Assembly: GCA_964016885.1 (NCBI GenBank)
Contig: OZ024741.1
Location: 46,562,001 to 46,626,000 of the forward strand
Length of the DNA stretch: 64,000 nucleotides
Direction: 5' to 3'
From: Eledone cirrhosa
Taxonomy: Eukaryota
Shown piece after piece: positions 53,321-64,000 of the stretch (within the stretch, counting starts at the first letter, position 1; every line of letters starts with the position of its first letter). A program made the position numbers and the translations under genes. The notes below the pieces were generated by a model. The model was given only the letters and a program-made list of their open reading frames with translations. It was not told the DNA's origin and did no database searches.

Positions 53321-53654
53321 ATATGTATGAGTGTGTAGGCGTAAGAAAAATATATTCCATTGACGTCCATAATTAATTTTAAAGACTGGGGTCTTTGCTG
53401 AAACCTGAACAAAATCAAAGAAACGTATTTGTCTAAAATGTAATTATTTCAACTGACATGTCCAATAGACCAACTCATACCGTTAATCTTCACTAATATG
53501 TTACTATAATCCCTTAAACCCATCTCCATGCTGGAACATGCAATTTGCCCATGCATTGCTCTATGATTCTACACTTGACATTTTCTCCAAAGATTACTGA
53601 TTAACTCAAATCTACTTTACTGGCTTTCAATTTTATCTCTGTGTGTGTCTTAGC

Positions 53655-54152
53655 ACTGTACGGTGGATGGATTCTCCGTCGATATCGACGATGGGCATTC
53701 AGTTGTTTGATCAACTAAACGTCCACGTGAATTAACATGCAAGAAAGCTGAGTACTCCACAAACTCGTGGACTGTACCCTTAACATAATTCCCATGCCGA
53801 ATCAGCGTGACACAATACGCGATAAGGCTCATCGTTGTAGACCCTCTTCGGTCACGAATGACCATGGTTTTCCACCTGGAAAGTTCCCCTCTGAGGCACA
53901 AGTCCGGGCAAGGTGTGTTTGTGAAAGACCTTTACATACCAGTCTCCCCTCTCAACGCCACCGCTGTTGCCCAAGGGAAAGATAATGGCGGATACAGCTT
54001 GGCACCAGTGATGTCACAACTCATTTCTACAGCTGAGTGAACTGAAGCAACGTGATATTAAGTGTCTTATTCAAGAACACAACGCACCACCTGGTCCGAG
54101 ATTCGAACTCACAACTTTCTGATGGTGAGCTCAACGCTCTAACCAATAAGGC
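53655..54152 (-). mobile_element. Long tRNA-headed SINE (same head/core as 8075 and 10190)
   Basis: Minus strand gccttattggttagagcg..gagttcgaatctc..cgttgtgttcttgaataagacactt. Body fragments also near 41560-41790 and 44760-44900. Confidence 0.65.
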
Positions 54153-54280
54153 TCGCTTTGGCAGATAAGGCTGGGGGTTCGAATTATAGGTACAATGGGC
54201 TTTCATACACATTTTGTTAAGAGAATGTCACTCGGAAGCCTTATGGTGGCCCGTGGCTATAGGAAAGATATTCTCATCTA

Positions 54281-54472
54281 CGAGGGTCGGCTGACATATT
54301 GATAGGTGGACCAAGATACTCTCATGGAATGACCATATGAGGTTTATTTTTCAACATAGTCCCTGGAAAGATGCTGTTCTATTAATAAGAGTTGAATTCA
54401 ATGCATGCAAGATTTCACAGCTCTAGCATCACTACTTCATAGTCAGTCTATGGACATTTCAGTCGACCCTAG
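54281..54472. mobile_element. Mariner-derived MITE (inverted copy of 40795-40989)
   Basis: TA-cgagggtcggctga ... tttcagtcgaccctag-TA. Confidence 0.8.
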
Positions 54473-54706
54473 TACTTTCTATCCCTTGTAAAGTATATCC
54501 CTCAATGTTATTCTTTATTGCTTTTAAATTCGAATAGGCTATTTTACCGGTCCCGGTAAAATAGACGCCCAGGCTATTTTGCCAGTAAATATAAATAGAG
54601 TGAACGTTAGGGTTAGGGCTTAAATTGTCTTAACAATTGGTGGTGAAGATAAATAAACTTCTGTGTTAAATCTGTGTTGTTATTTTTAGCATTACCTGCC
54701 TTCATA

Positions 54707-54992
54707 ATAATTGTTTCTACTTTGGGCACAAGGCCAGCAATTACTCAGTTAATTACTGGTACTTTATTTTATCGACCCCGTAAGGATGAAGGCAAAGTTA
54801 ACCTCGGTGGGATTTGAACTCAGAATGGCAAAAGCCGTAACTCTATGCTTCAAAGCATGGTGTCCGACCTTCTACCGATATTGCCAATACTTCATAATAA
54901 TTGTTTCTACTTTTGGCACAAGGCCAGCAATTATCTCAATGTATTACTGGTACTTTATTTTATCGACCCCGTAAGGATGAAAGGCAAAGTTA
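54707..54992 (-). mobile_element. Tandem pair of Deu/Nin-like SINEs
   Basis: Both match 37518-37700. Confidence 0.8.
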
Positions 54993-55054
54993 TGGTTCCG
55001 ATTTAGGCACAAGGCCAACAATTTTGGAAGCGGTGGAAGTCGATTAAATCCTTA

Positions 55055-55345
55055 AAATGGTGAGTAAAATCATGGATTGTGGGTAAAATTGTCGGTAGAA
55101 TAATGAATCGTGGGTAAAATAATGAATTGTGGGTAAAATAATTGATGATGGGTAAAATGATGGGTAAAATAATGGGTAAATGGATGGGTAAAACTATGGG
55201 TAAAATCATGGATCGTGAGTAAAATTGGGGGTAAAGTCGTGAATCGTGGGTAAAATGGTGAGTAAAATAATTAAAATTGAGTAAAGTCATATATTGTGGG
55301 TAAAAACGTGGGTAAAATCATGGATCGTGGGTAACATAGTGGGAA
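55055..55345. repeat. Degenerate (gtgggtaaaat)-based minisatellite
   Basis: More than 10 gggtaaaat/gagtaaaat units. Confidence 0.8.
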
Positions 55346-55649
55346 AAATACCCTTCTTTACCCCCTTTCAACCTCGTTATTCTCCTTGCTCTCATTACTC
55401 TCTATTTTCTCCCGGCTCTATTTTCTCAAGAAGAAGAATGAGAGCAGTGAGGAAATGGAGCGCAAGGAGCGCAAGGAGAGTAGGGAAAATGGAGAACAAG
55501 GGAAAAAAGGAGAGCTCTCATTCCTGTCAATTTCATCTCATTTCTATTTGCAAGGAGATTAATGAGAGCAGAAGGAAATGGAGAGCAACGAGAACAATGA
55601 AAAGGAGAGCAAGGAAAGTGAAGTAAACGAGGAAAAAGACATTAAAATA

Positions 55650-56550
55650 AAAGAGTAGGAGAGTAAAAGAAAAAGGAGAATAAGGAGAGTAGAAAGAGTA
55701 GAGAGAGTAGAGAGGGTAGAGAGGGTAGAGAGAGTATAGGGGGTAGAGAGAGTAGAGAGAGTAAGGATAGTAGAGAGGGTAGAGAGGGTAGAGAGTGTAA
55801 GGAGAGTAGAGAGAGTAGAGAGTGTAAGGAGAGTTGAGAGAGTAGAGAGAGTAGAGAGAGTAGAGAGTGTAAGGAGAGTAGAGAGAGAAGAGAGAGTAGA
55901 GAGTAGAGAGAGAGAGTAGCGAGAGAGTAGAGAGAGAGTAGAGGGAGTTGAGAGAGTAGAGAGAGTAGAGAGAGTAAGTAGAGTAGAGAGAGTAGAGAGA
56001 GTAGAGAGAGTAAGTAGAGTAGAGAGAGTAGAGAGAGTAGAGAGAGTAAGTAGAGTAGAAAGAGTAGAGAGAGTAAGAAGAATAGAGAGAGTAAGGAGAG
56101 TGGAGAGAGTAGAGAGAGTAAGGAGAGTAGAGAGAGTAAGGAGAGTAGAGAGAGTAGAGAGAGTAAGGAGAGTAGAGAGAGAATAGAGAGAGTAAGGAGA
56201 GTAGAGGGAGTAGAGAGAGTAGAGAGGGTAGAGAGAGTAAGTAGAGTAGAAAGAGTAGAGAGAGTAGAGAGAGTAGAAAGAGTAGAGAGAGTAAGGAGAA
56301 TAGAGAGAGTAGAGAGAGTAGAGAGGGTACAGAGAGTAAGAAGAGTAGAGAGAGTAGAGAGAGTAGAGAGAGTAAGTAGAGTAGAGAGAGTAGAAAGAGT
56401 AGAGAGAGTAAGGAGAATAGAGAGAGTAAGGAGAGTAGAGAGAGTAGAGAGGGTAAAGAGAGTAAGGAGAGTAGAGAGAGTAGAGAGAGTAGAGAGAGTA
56501 AGTAGAGTAGAGTGAGTAGAGAGAGTAGAGAGAGTAGAGAGAGTAAGTAG
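55650..56550. repeat. 9-bp (AGAGAGAGT)n-type minisatellite
   Basis: Direct inspection; produces the spurious SLL/YSL/TLS ORFs. Confidence 0.92.
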
Positions 56551-57120
56551 GTTTCGAAAACGAAAGAATGAAGTGAAAAGTGATAAAAAGAGAAAGAGTG
56601 GGAAATAAGAAAAATAGTGAATATGAGTGGGAAAGAGGGAAAGATGGGGAAAGAGGGGGGAAGAGGGAACAGGGGGGAAAAGAGGGGAAAACGACTTGTG
56701 AGGGGGAAAGTGGGAGTAGAGGAGGCCAAGGAGAGTAAGAATCACAAGGATGGCAAAGAGGAGCAAAGAGATCAATGCGTTCTTCCCCTTCCTCCCCTTC
56801 CTCCATCATTCCCTACCTCCCGTTCCTCCCCAGCTCTCCTTCCTCTCCCACATGCTCTCTCTCCTCCTGTTTCTCCTGTTTCTCTCTTTCCTCTCCTTCC
56901 TCCCCTTTCTTCCATTTCCTCCCCTTTCCTCCCCTTCCTCCCCTTTCCTCCCACTTTCTCCCCTTCCTCCCTTTTCCTCCTTTCCTCCCCTACCGCCTCT
57001 TCCTCACTTTCACCTTCTTTTCACCCCTCCTTTTTCTCCTTAATTTCAGTACACTACTCACTCTACACAATTATGCATGTTTGATAAAATGGTGAGTAAA
57101 ATCATGGATCTTTGGTAGAA

Positions 57121-60100
57121 AGTGTGGGGTGTGGTGTGGTGTGTGGTATGGTGTGTTGTGTGTGGTGTGATGTGATGTGGTGTGTAGTGTGGTGTGGTGT
57201 GGTGTGTCGTGTGGTGTGTGGTATGGTGTGTTGTGTGTGGTGTGATGTGGTGTGGTGTGGTGTGATGTGGTGTATGGTGTGGTGTGGTGTGTCGTGTGGT
57301 GTGTGATATGGTGTGTTGTGTGTGGTGTGATGTGATGTGGTGTGGTGTGGTGTGGTGTGGTGTGGTGTGGTGTGGTGTGGTGTGTGGTATGGTGTGGTGT
57401 GGTGTGGGTGTGGTGTGGTGTGTGGTGTGATGTTGTGTGAGGTGTGGTGTGGTGTGTGGTATGGTGTGTTGTGTGTGGTGTGATGTGATGTGGTGTAGTG
57501 TGGTGTGGTGTGGTGTGGTGTGGTGTGGTGTGGTGTGGTGTGGTGTGGTGTGGTGTGATGTGGTGTGGTGTGTGGTGTGATGTGATGTGGTGTGGTGTGT
57601 GGTGTGATGTGATGTGGTGTAGTGTGGTGTGGTGTGGTGTGGTGTGGTGTGGTGTGGTGTGTGGTGTGATGTGATGTGGTGTAGTGTGGTGTGGTGTGGT
57701 GTGGTGTGGTGTGGTGTGGTGTGGTGTGGTGTAGTGTAGTGTGGTGTGGTGTGGTGTGGTGTGGTGTGGTGTGGTGTGGTGTGGTGTGGTGTGATGTGGT
57801 GTGGTGTGATGTGGTGTGATGTGGTGTGGTGTGTGGTGTGATGTGATGTGGTGTAGTGTGGTGTGTGGTGTGATGTGATGTGGTGTAGTGTGGTGTGTGG
57901 TGTGATGTGATGTGGTGTAGTGTGGTGTGGTGTGGTGTGGTGTGGTGTGGTGTGGTGTGGTGTGATGTGGTGTGGTGTGTGGTGTGATGTGGTGTAGTGT
58001 GGTGTGGTGTGGTGTGATGTAGTGTGGTGTGGTGTGGTGTGGTGTGGTGTGGTGTGGTGTGGTGTGGTGTGGTGTGATGTAGTGTGGTGTGGTGTGGTGT
58101 GGTGTGGTGTGGTGTGGTGTGGTGTGGTGTGATGTGATGTGGTGTGATGTGGTGTGGTGTGTGGTGTGGTGTGCTGTGCTGTGGTGTGATGTGGTGTGTG
58201 GTGTGTGGTGTGGTGTGGTGTGGTGTGCTGTGGTGTGATCTGGTGTGGTGTGATGTGGTGTGATGTGGTGTGGTGTGTGGTGTGGTGTGCTGTGCTGTGG
58301 TGTGATGTGGTGTGTGGTGTGTGGTGTGTGGTGTGGTGTGGTGTGGTGTGATGTGTGGTGGTGGCGTGGTGTGTGGTGTGATGTGGTGTGTGGTGTGATG
58401 TGGTGTATGCTGGGGTGTATGGTGTGGTGTGGTGTGTGGTGTGTGGTGTGTGGTGTGTGGTGTGGTGTGGTGTGTGGCGTGGTGTTGTGTGGTGTGTGGT
58501 GTGTGGTGTGGTGTGTGGTGTGGTGTGGTGTAGTGTGTGGTGGGATGTGATGTGGTGTGGTGTGATGTGTGGTGTGTGGTGTGGTGTGATGTGTGGTGTG
58601 ATGTGATGTGGTGTGGTGTGATGTGTGGTGTGGTGACGTGTGGTGTGGCGTGGTGTGTGGTGTGGTGTTATGTGGTGTGGTGTGATGTGTGGTGTGGTGT
58701 GTGGTATGTGGTGTGGTGTGGTGTGGTGTGTGGTGTGATGTGATGTGGTGTGGTGTGTGGTGTGGTGTGGTGTGGTGTGGTGTGGTGTGTGGTGTGTGGT
58801 GTGTGGTGTGGTGTGGTGTGGTGTGTTGTGTGATGTGGTGTGTGATGTGGTGTGGTGTGTGGTGTGGTGTGGTGTGATCTGGTGTGGTGTGATGTGGTGT
58901 GGTGTGATGTGGTGTGTGGTGTGGTGTGATGTGGTGTGGTGTGTGGTGTGGTGTGGTGTGATGTGGTGTGTGGTGTGGTGTGATGTGGTGTGGTGTGTGG
59001 TGTGTGGTGTGTGGTGTGGTGTGGTGTGATGTGGTGTGGTGTGTGGTGTGGTGTGATGTGGTGTGGTGTGTGGTGTGGTGTGTGGTGTGGTGTGATGTGG
59101 TGTGTGGTGTGGTGTGATGTGGTGTGGTGTGTGGTGTGTGGTGTGTAGGTGTGGTGTGGTGGGGTGTGGTGTGGTGTGGTGTGGTGTGGTGTGGTGTGGT
59201 GTGGTGTGTGGTGTGTGGTGTGGTGTGGTGTGATGTGGTGTGGTGTGTGGTGTGGTGTGATGTGGTGTGGTGTGTGGTGTGGTGTGGTGTGGTGTGGTGT
59301 GGTGTGGTGTGGTGTGGTGTGGTGTGTTGTGTGATGTGGTGTGTGATGTGGTGTGGTGTGTGGTGTGATGTGGTGTATGGTTTGATTGCGGTGTTGTGTG
59401 TGGTGTGGTGTGATGTGGTGTGAGGTGTGGTGTGGTGTGTCGCGTGGTGTGGTGTGGTGTGTGGTGTGATGTGATGTGTGGTGTGGTGTGGTGTGGTGTG
59501 GTGTGATGTGATGTGGTGTGGTGTGATGTGTGGTGTGGCGAGGTGTGTGGTGTGATGTGGTGTGTGGTGTGATGTGGTGGTGTGTGGTGTGGTGTGTGGT
59601 GTGGTGTGGTGTGGTGTGGTGTGTGGTGTGATGTGATGTGTGGTGTGGTGACGTGTGGTGTGGTGTGGTGTGTGGTGTGGTGTGGTGTGTGGTGTGATGT
59701 GGTGGTGTGTGGTGTGGTGTGGTGTGGTGTGGTGTGGTGTGGTGTGTGGTGTGATGTGATGTGTGGTGTGGTGACGTGTGGTGTGGTGTGGTGTGTGGTG
59801 TGGTGTGATGTGTGGTGTGGTGACGTGTGGTGTGGTGTGTGGTGTGGTGTGATGTGGTGTGGTGTGATGTGTCCACTGGTGTGTGGTGTGTGGTGTGGTG
59901 TGGTGTGGTGTGATGTGATGTGGTGTGTGGTGTGGTGTGGTGTGGTGTGGTGTGGTGTGGTGTGTGGTGTGTGGTGTGATGTGGTGTGGTGATTGGTGTG
60001 GTGTGGTGTGGTGTGGTGTGGTGTGGTGTGGTGTGGTGTGTGGTGTGATGTGGTGTGATCTGGTGTGGTGTAGTGTGTTGTGGTGTGGTGTGGTGTGGTG

Positions 60101-63100
60101 TGGTGTGGTGTAGTGTAGTGTGTTATGGTGTGATGTGGTGTGGTGTGGTGCGATGTGGTGTGATCTGGTGTGGTGTGATGTGGTGTGATGTGGTGTGGTG
60201 TGGTGTGGTGTGATGTGGTGTGTGGTGTGGTGTGGTGTGCTGTGGTGTGATGTGGTGTGTTGTGTGTGGTGTGGTGTGGTGTGATGTGGTGTGTGGTGTG
60301 TGGTGTGGTGTGGTGTGGTGTGGTGTGCTGTGCTGTGGTGTGCTGTGGTGTGATGTGGTGTGTGGTGTGTGGTGTGGTGTGATGTGGTGTGGTGTGGTGT
60401 GATGTGGTGTGTGGTGTGTGGTGTGGTGTGATGTGGTGTGTGGTGTGGTGTGGTGTGCTGTGGTGTGATGTTGTGTGTGGTGTGTGGTGTGGTGTGATGT
60501 GGTGTGGTGTGATGTGGTGTATGGTGTGTGGTGTGGTGTGATGTGGTGTGTGGTGTGGTGTGGTGTGCTGTGGTGTGATGTTGTGTGTGGTGTGTGGTGT
60601 GGTGTGATGTGGTGTGGTGTGGTGTATGGTGTGTGGTGTGGTGTGATGTGGTGTGGTGTGGTGTGGTGTGGCGTGATGTGATGTGGTGTGGTGTTTGGTG
60701 TGATGTGGTGTGGTGTGTGGTGTGGTGTGTGGTGTGGTGTGATGTGCTGTGTGGTGTGGTGTGGTGTGGTGTGTGGTGTGATGTGGTGTGGTGTGATGTG
60801 GTGTGGTGTGATGTGGTGTGGTGTGTGGTGTGATGTGGTGTGGTGTGATGTGGTGTGGTGTGATGTGGTGTGGTGTGTGGTGTGATGTGGTGTAGTGTGG
60901 TGTGGTGTGGTGTGGTGTTGTGTGATGTGGTGTGGTGTGATGTGGTGTGGTGTGGTGTGGTGTGGTGTGTTGTGGTGTGGTGTGATGTGGCGTGATCTGG
61001 TGTGGTGTGATGTGGTGTGATGTGGTGTGGTGTGGTGTGATGTGGTGTGGTGTGTGGTGTGATGTGGTGTAGTGTGGTGTGGTGTGGTGTGGTGTGGTGT
61101 GATGTGGTGTGGTGTGTGGTGTGATGTGGTGTAGTGTGATGTGGTGTGGTGTGGTGTTGTGTGGTGTGGTGTGGTGTGGTGTGGTGTGATGTGGTGTGAT
61201 CTGGTGTGGTGTGATGTGGTGTGTGGTGTGTGGTGTGGTGTGATGTGGTGTGATGTGTGGTGTGTGGTGGGTTGTGGTGTGGTGTGGTGTGGTGTGCTGT
61301 GGTGTGATGTGGTGTGTGGTGGGTGGTGTGGTGTGGTGTGGTGTGATGTGGTGTGGTGTGTGGTGGGTTGTGGTGTGGTGTGGTGTGGTGTGCTGTGGTG
61401 TGATGTGGTGTGTGGTGGGTGGTGTGGTGTGATGTGGTGTGGTGTGTGGTGGGTTGTGGTGTGGTGTGGTGTGGTGTGATGTGGTGTGATGTGGTGTGTG
61501 GTGGGTGGTGTGGTGTGGTGTGGTGTGATGTGATGTGATGTGGTATGGTGTGGTGTCTGGTGTGTGGTGTGGTGTGGTGTGGTGTGATGTGGTGTGGTGT
61601 GTGGTGTGGTATGGTGTGTGGTGTGGGGTGGTGTGTGGTGTGGGGTGGTGTGATGTGGTGTGGTTTGGTGTGTGTATGTGGTGTGATGTGGTGTGTGGTG
61701 TGCTGTGGTGTGGTGTGTGGTGTGGTGTGGTGTGGTGTGGTGTGGTGTGGTGTGGTGTGGTGTGATGTGGTGTGATGTGGTGTGCTGTGTGGTGTGGTGT
61801 GCTGTGTGGTGTGGTCTGGTGTGGTGTGTGGTGTGCTGTGGTGTGATGTGTGGTGTGGTGTGATGTGGTGTGATGTGGTGTGCTGTGTGGTGTGGTGTGC
61901 TGTGAGGTGTGGTGTGGTGTGCTGTGGTGTGTGGTGTGATGTGGTGGTGTGTGGTGTGTGGTGTGGTGTGGTGTGGTGTGGTGTGGTGTGGTGTGGTGTG
62001 GTGTGGTGTGGTGTGGTGTGGTGTGGTGTGTGGTGTGATGTGATGTGGTGTGGTGTGATGTGTGGTGTGGTGACGTGTGTTGTGGTGTGATGTGGTGTGC
62101 TGTGTGGTGTGGTGTGCTGTGTGGTGTGGTGTGATGTGGTGTGTGGTGTGGTGTGTGGTGTGGTGTGATGTGGTGTGGTGTGTGGTGTGGTGTGATGTGG
62201 TGTGATGTGGTGTGCTGTGTGAAGGGGTGTGCTGTGTGGTGTGTGGTGTGTGGTGTGGTATGGTGTGGTGTGTGGTGTGGTGTGGTGTGATGTGGTGTGG
62301 TGTGAGGTGATGTAGTGTGGTGTGTGGTGTGGTATGGTGTGGTATGGTGTGGTGTGTGGTGTGCTGTGGTGTAGTGTGTGGTGTGGTTTGATGTGGTTTG
62401 GTGTGTGGTGTGGTAAGGTATGGTGTGTGCTGTGCTGTGCTGTGGTGTGTGGTGTGGTGTGATGTGGTGTGATGTGGTGTGCTATGTGGTGTGATGCGGT
62501 GTTGTTTGTGGTATGGTGTGGTGTCTGGTGTGGTGTGATGTGTGGTGTGATGTGGTGTGGTGTGTGGTGTTGTGTGGTGTGTGGTGTGATGTGATGTGTG
62601 GTGTGGTGTGGTGTGTGGTGTGTATTGTGGTGTGGTGTGGTGTGATGTGATGTGATGTGGTGTGCTGTGTGGTGTGGTGTGGTGTGGTGTATGGTGTGGT
62701 GTGATGTGATGTGGTGTGTGGTGTGGTGTGGTGTGGTGTGGTGTGGTGTGGTGTGTGGTGTGGTGTGGTGTGGTGTGGTGTGGTGTGGTGTGGTGTGGTG
62801 TGTGGTGTGGTGTGGTGTGGTGTGGTGTGGTGTGGTGTGGTGTGGTGTGGTGTGATGTGGTGTGGTGTGATGTGATGTGGTGTGGTGTGTGGTGTGGTGT
62901 GGTGTGGTGTCGTGTGGTGTGGTGTGTGTTGTGGTGTGGTATGTGGTGTGATGTGGTTTGTGGTGTGGTGTGTGGTGCAGTGTGTGGTGTGATGTGGTGT
63001 GGTGTGGTGTGGTATGGTGTGGTGTGTGGTGAGGTGTGGTGTGGTGTGATGTGGCGTGGTGTAGTGTGTGGTGTGTTGTGGTGTGTTCTGAGGTGTGTGG

Positions 63101-64000
63101 TGTGGTGTGGTGTGTGGTGTGTGGTGTGTGGTGTGTGGTGTGATGTGATGTGGTGTGGTGTGTGGTGTGGTGTGTGGTGTGCCGTGTGGTGTGTGGTGTG
63201 TCGTGTGTGGTGTGTGGTGTGTGGGGTGTGGTGTGTGGTGTGCTGTGATGTGGTATGATGCGGTGTGGTGTGGTGTGTGGTTTGGTGTGGTGTGTGGTGT
63301 GGTGTGGTGTGTGGTGTGGTGTGTGGTGTGGTGTGTGGTGTTATGTTGTGGTGTGCTGTGTGGTGTGGTGTGTGGTGTGATGTGATGTGTGTGGTGTGGT
63401 GCGATGTGGTGTGATCTGGTGTGGTGTGATGTGGTGTGATGTGGTGTGGTGTGGTGTGGTGTGATGTGGTGTGTGGTGTGGTGTGGTGTGCTGTGGTGTG
63501 ATGTGGTGTGTTGTGTGTGGTGTGGTGTGATGTGGTGTGTGGTGTGTGGTGTGGTGTGGTGTGGTGTGCTGTGGTGTGCTGTGGTGTGATGTGGTGTGTG
63601 GTGTGTGGTGTGGTGTGATGTGGTGTGGTGTGGTGTGATGTGGTGTGTGGTGTGTGGTGTGGTGTGATGTGGTGTGTGGTGTGTGGTGTGGTGTGATGTG
63701 GTGTGGTGTGGTGTATGGTGTGTGGTGTGGTGTGATGTGGTGTGGTGTGGTGTGGTGTGGCGTGATGTCATGTGGTGTGGTGTTTGGTGTGATGTGGTGT
63801 GGTGTGTGGTGTGTGGTGTGGTGTGATGTGGTGTGGTGTGTGCTGTTTGGTGTGGTGTGGTGTGGTGTGGTGTGGTATGGTGTGTGGTGTGATGTGGTGT
63901 GATGTGGTGTGATGTGGTGTGGTGTGGTGTGGTGTGGTGTGTGGTGTGATGTGGCGTGATCTGGTGTGGTGTGATGTGGTGTGATGTGGTGTGGTGTGGT
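57121..64000. repeat. (GTGTG)n pentamer satellite with GTGAT/GTGTGTG variants, running off the window
   Basis: Direct inspection; more than 6.8 kb. Confidence 0.97.

Noticed and set aside
55533-56809. ~400-aa ORFs in three minus frames
   Set aside because: 9-bp minisatellite translation.
58668-63771. His/Thr/Pro-rich 400-aa ORFs
   Set aside because: (CACAC)n satellite translation.

Overview
AT-rich, microsatellite-saturated animal DNA with no recognisable host gene. The SINE families and the (TA)n/(CA)n/(TAA)n density suggest a cephalopod (octopus-like) genome; this is inference. Most ORFs in the track are microsatellite artefacts. The real coding sequence is all retroelement: a 5'-truncated but uninterrupted R4/Dong-type RT+RLE element (15.8-18.3 kb), a full-length frameshifted R4/Dong element (19.6-23.6 kb), Penelope-like RT/GIY-YIG fragments, and RTE, CRE and CR1-like fragments. 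There are also tRNA-derived SINEs, hAT and mariner MITEs, and a >6.8 kb (GTGTG)n satellite at the right end. The main hidden signal, folded by eye, is about 25 intact or decayed type I hammerhead ribozyme (HHR) motifs in roughly ten sequence families. Most sit in non-coding units next to (TA)n tracts and are often arranged as fold-backs. The most striking case is a 466-bp tandem array (26.9-30.7 kb; about 6 units in one orientation, about 2 inverted) with one intact HHR per unit. This is a retrozyme-like architecture predicted to release 466-nt (circular) RNAs. A diverged relative at 7.2-8.0 kb keeps stem I paired, and an unusually enlarged HHR variant is repeated in tandem at 32.0-32.8 kb. 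All folds are manual and ribozyme activity is untested.
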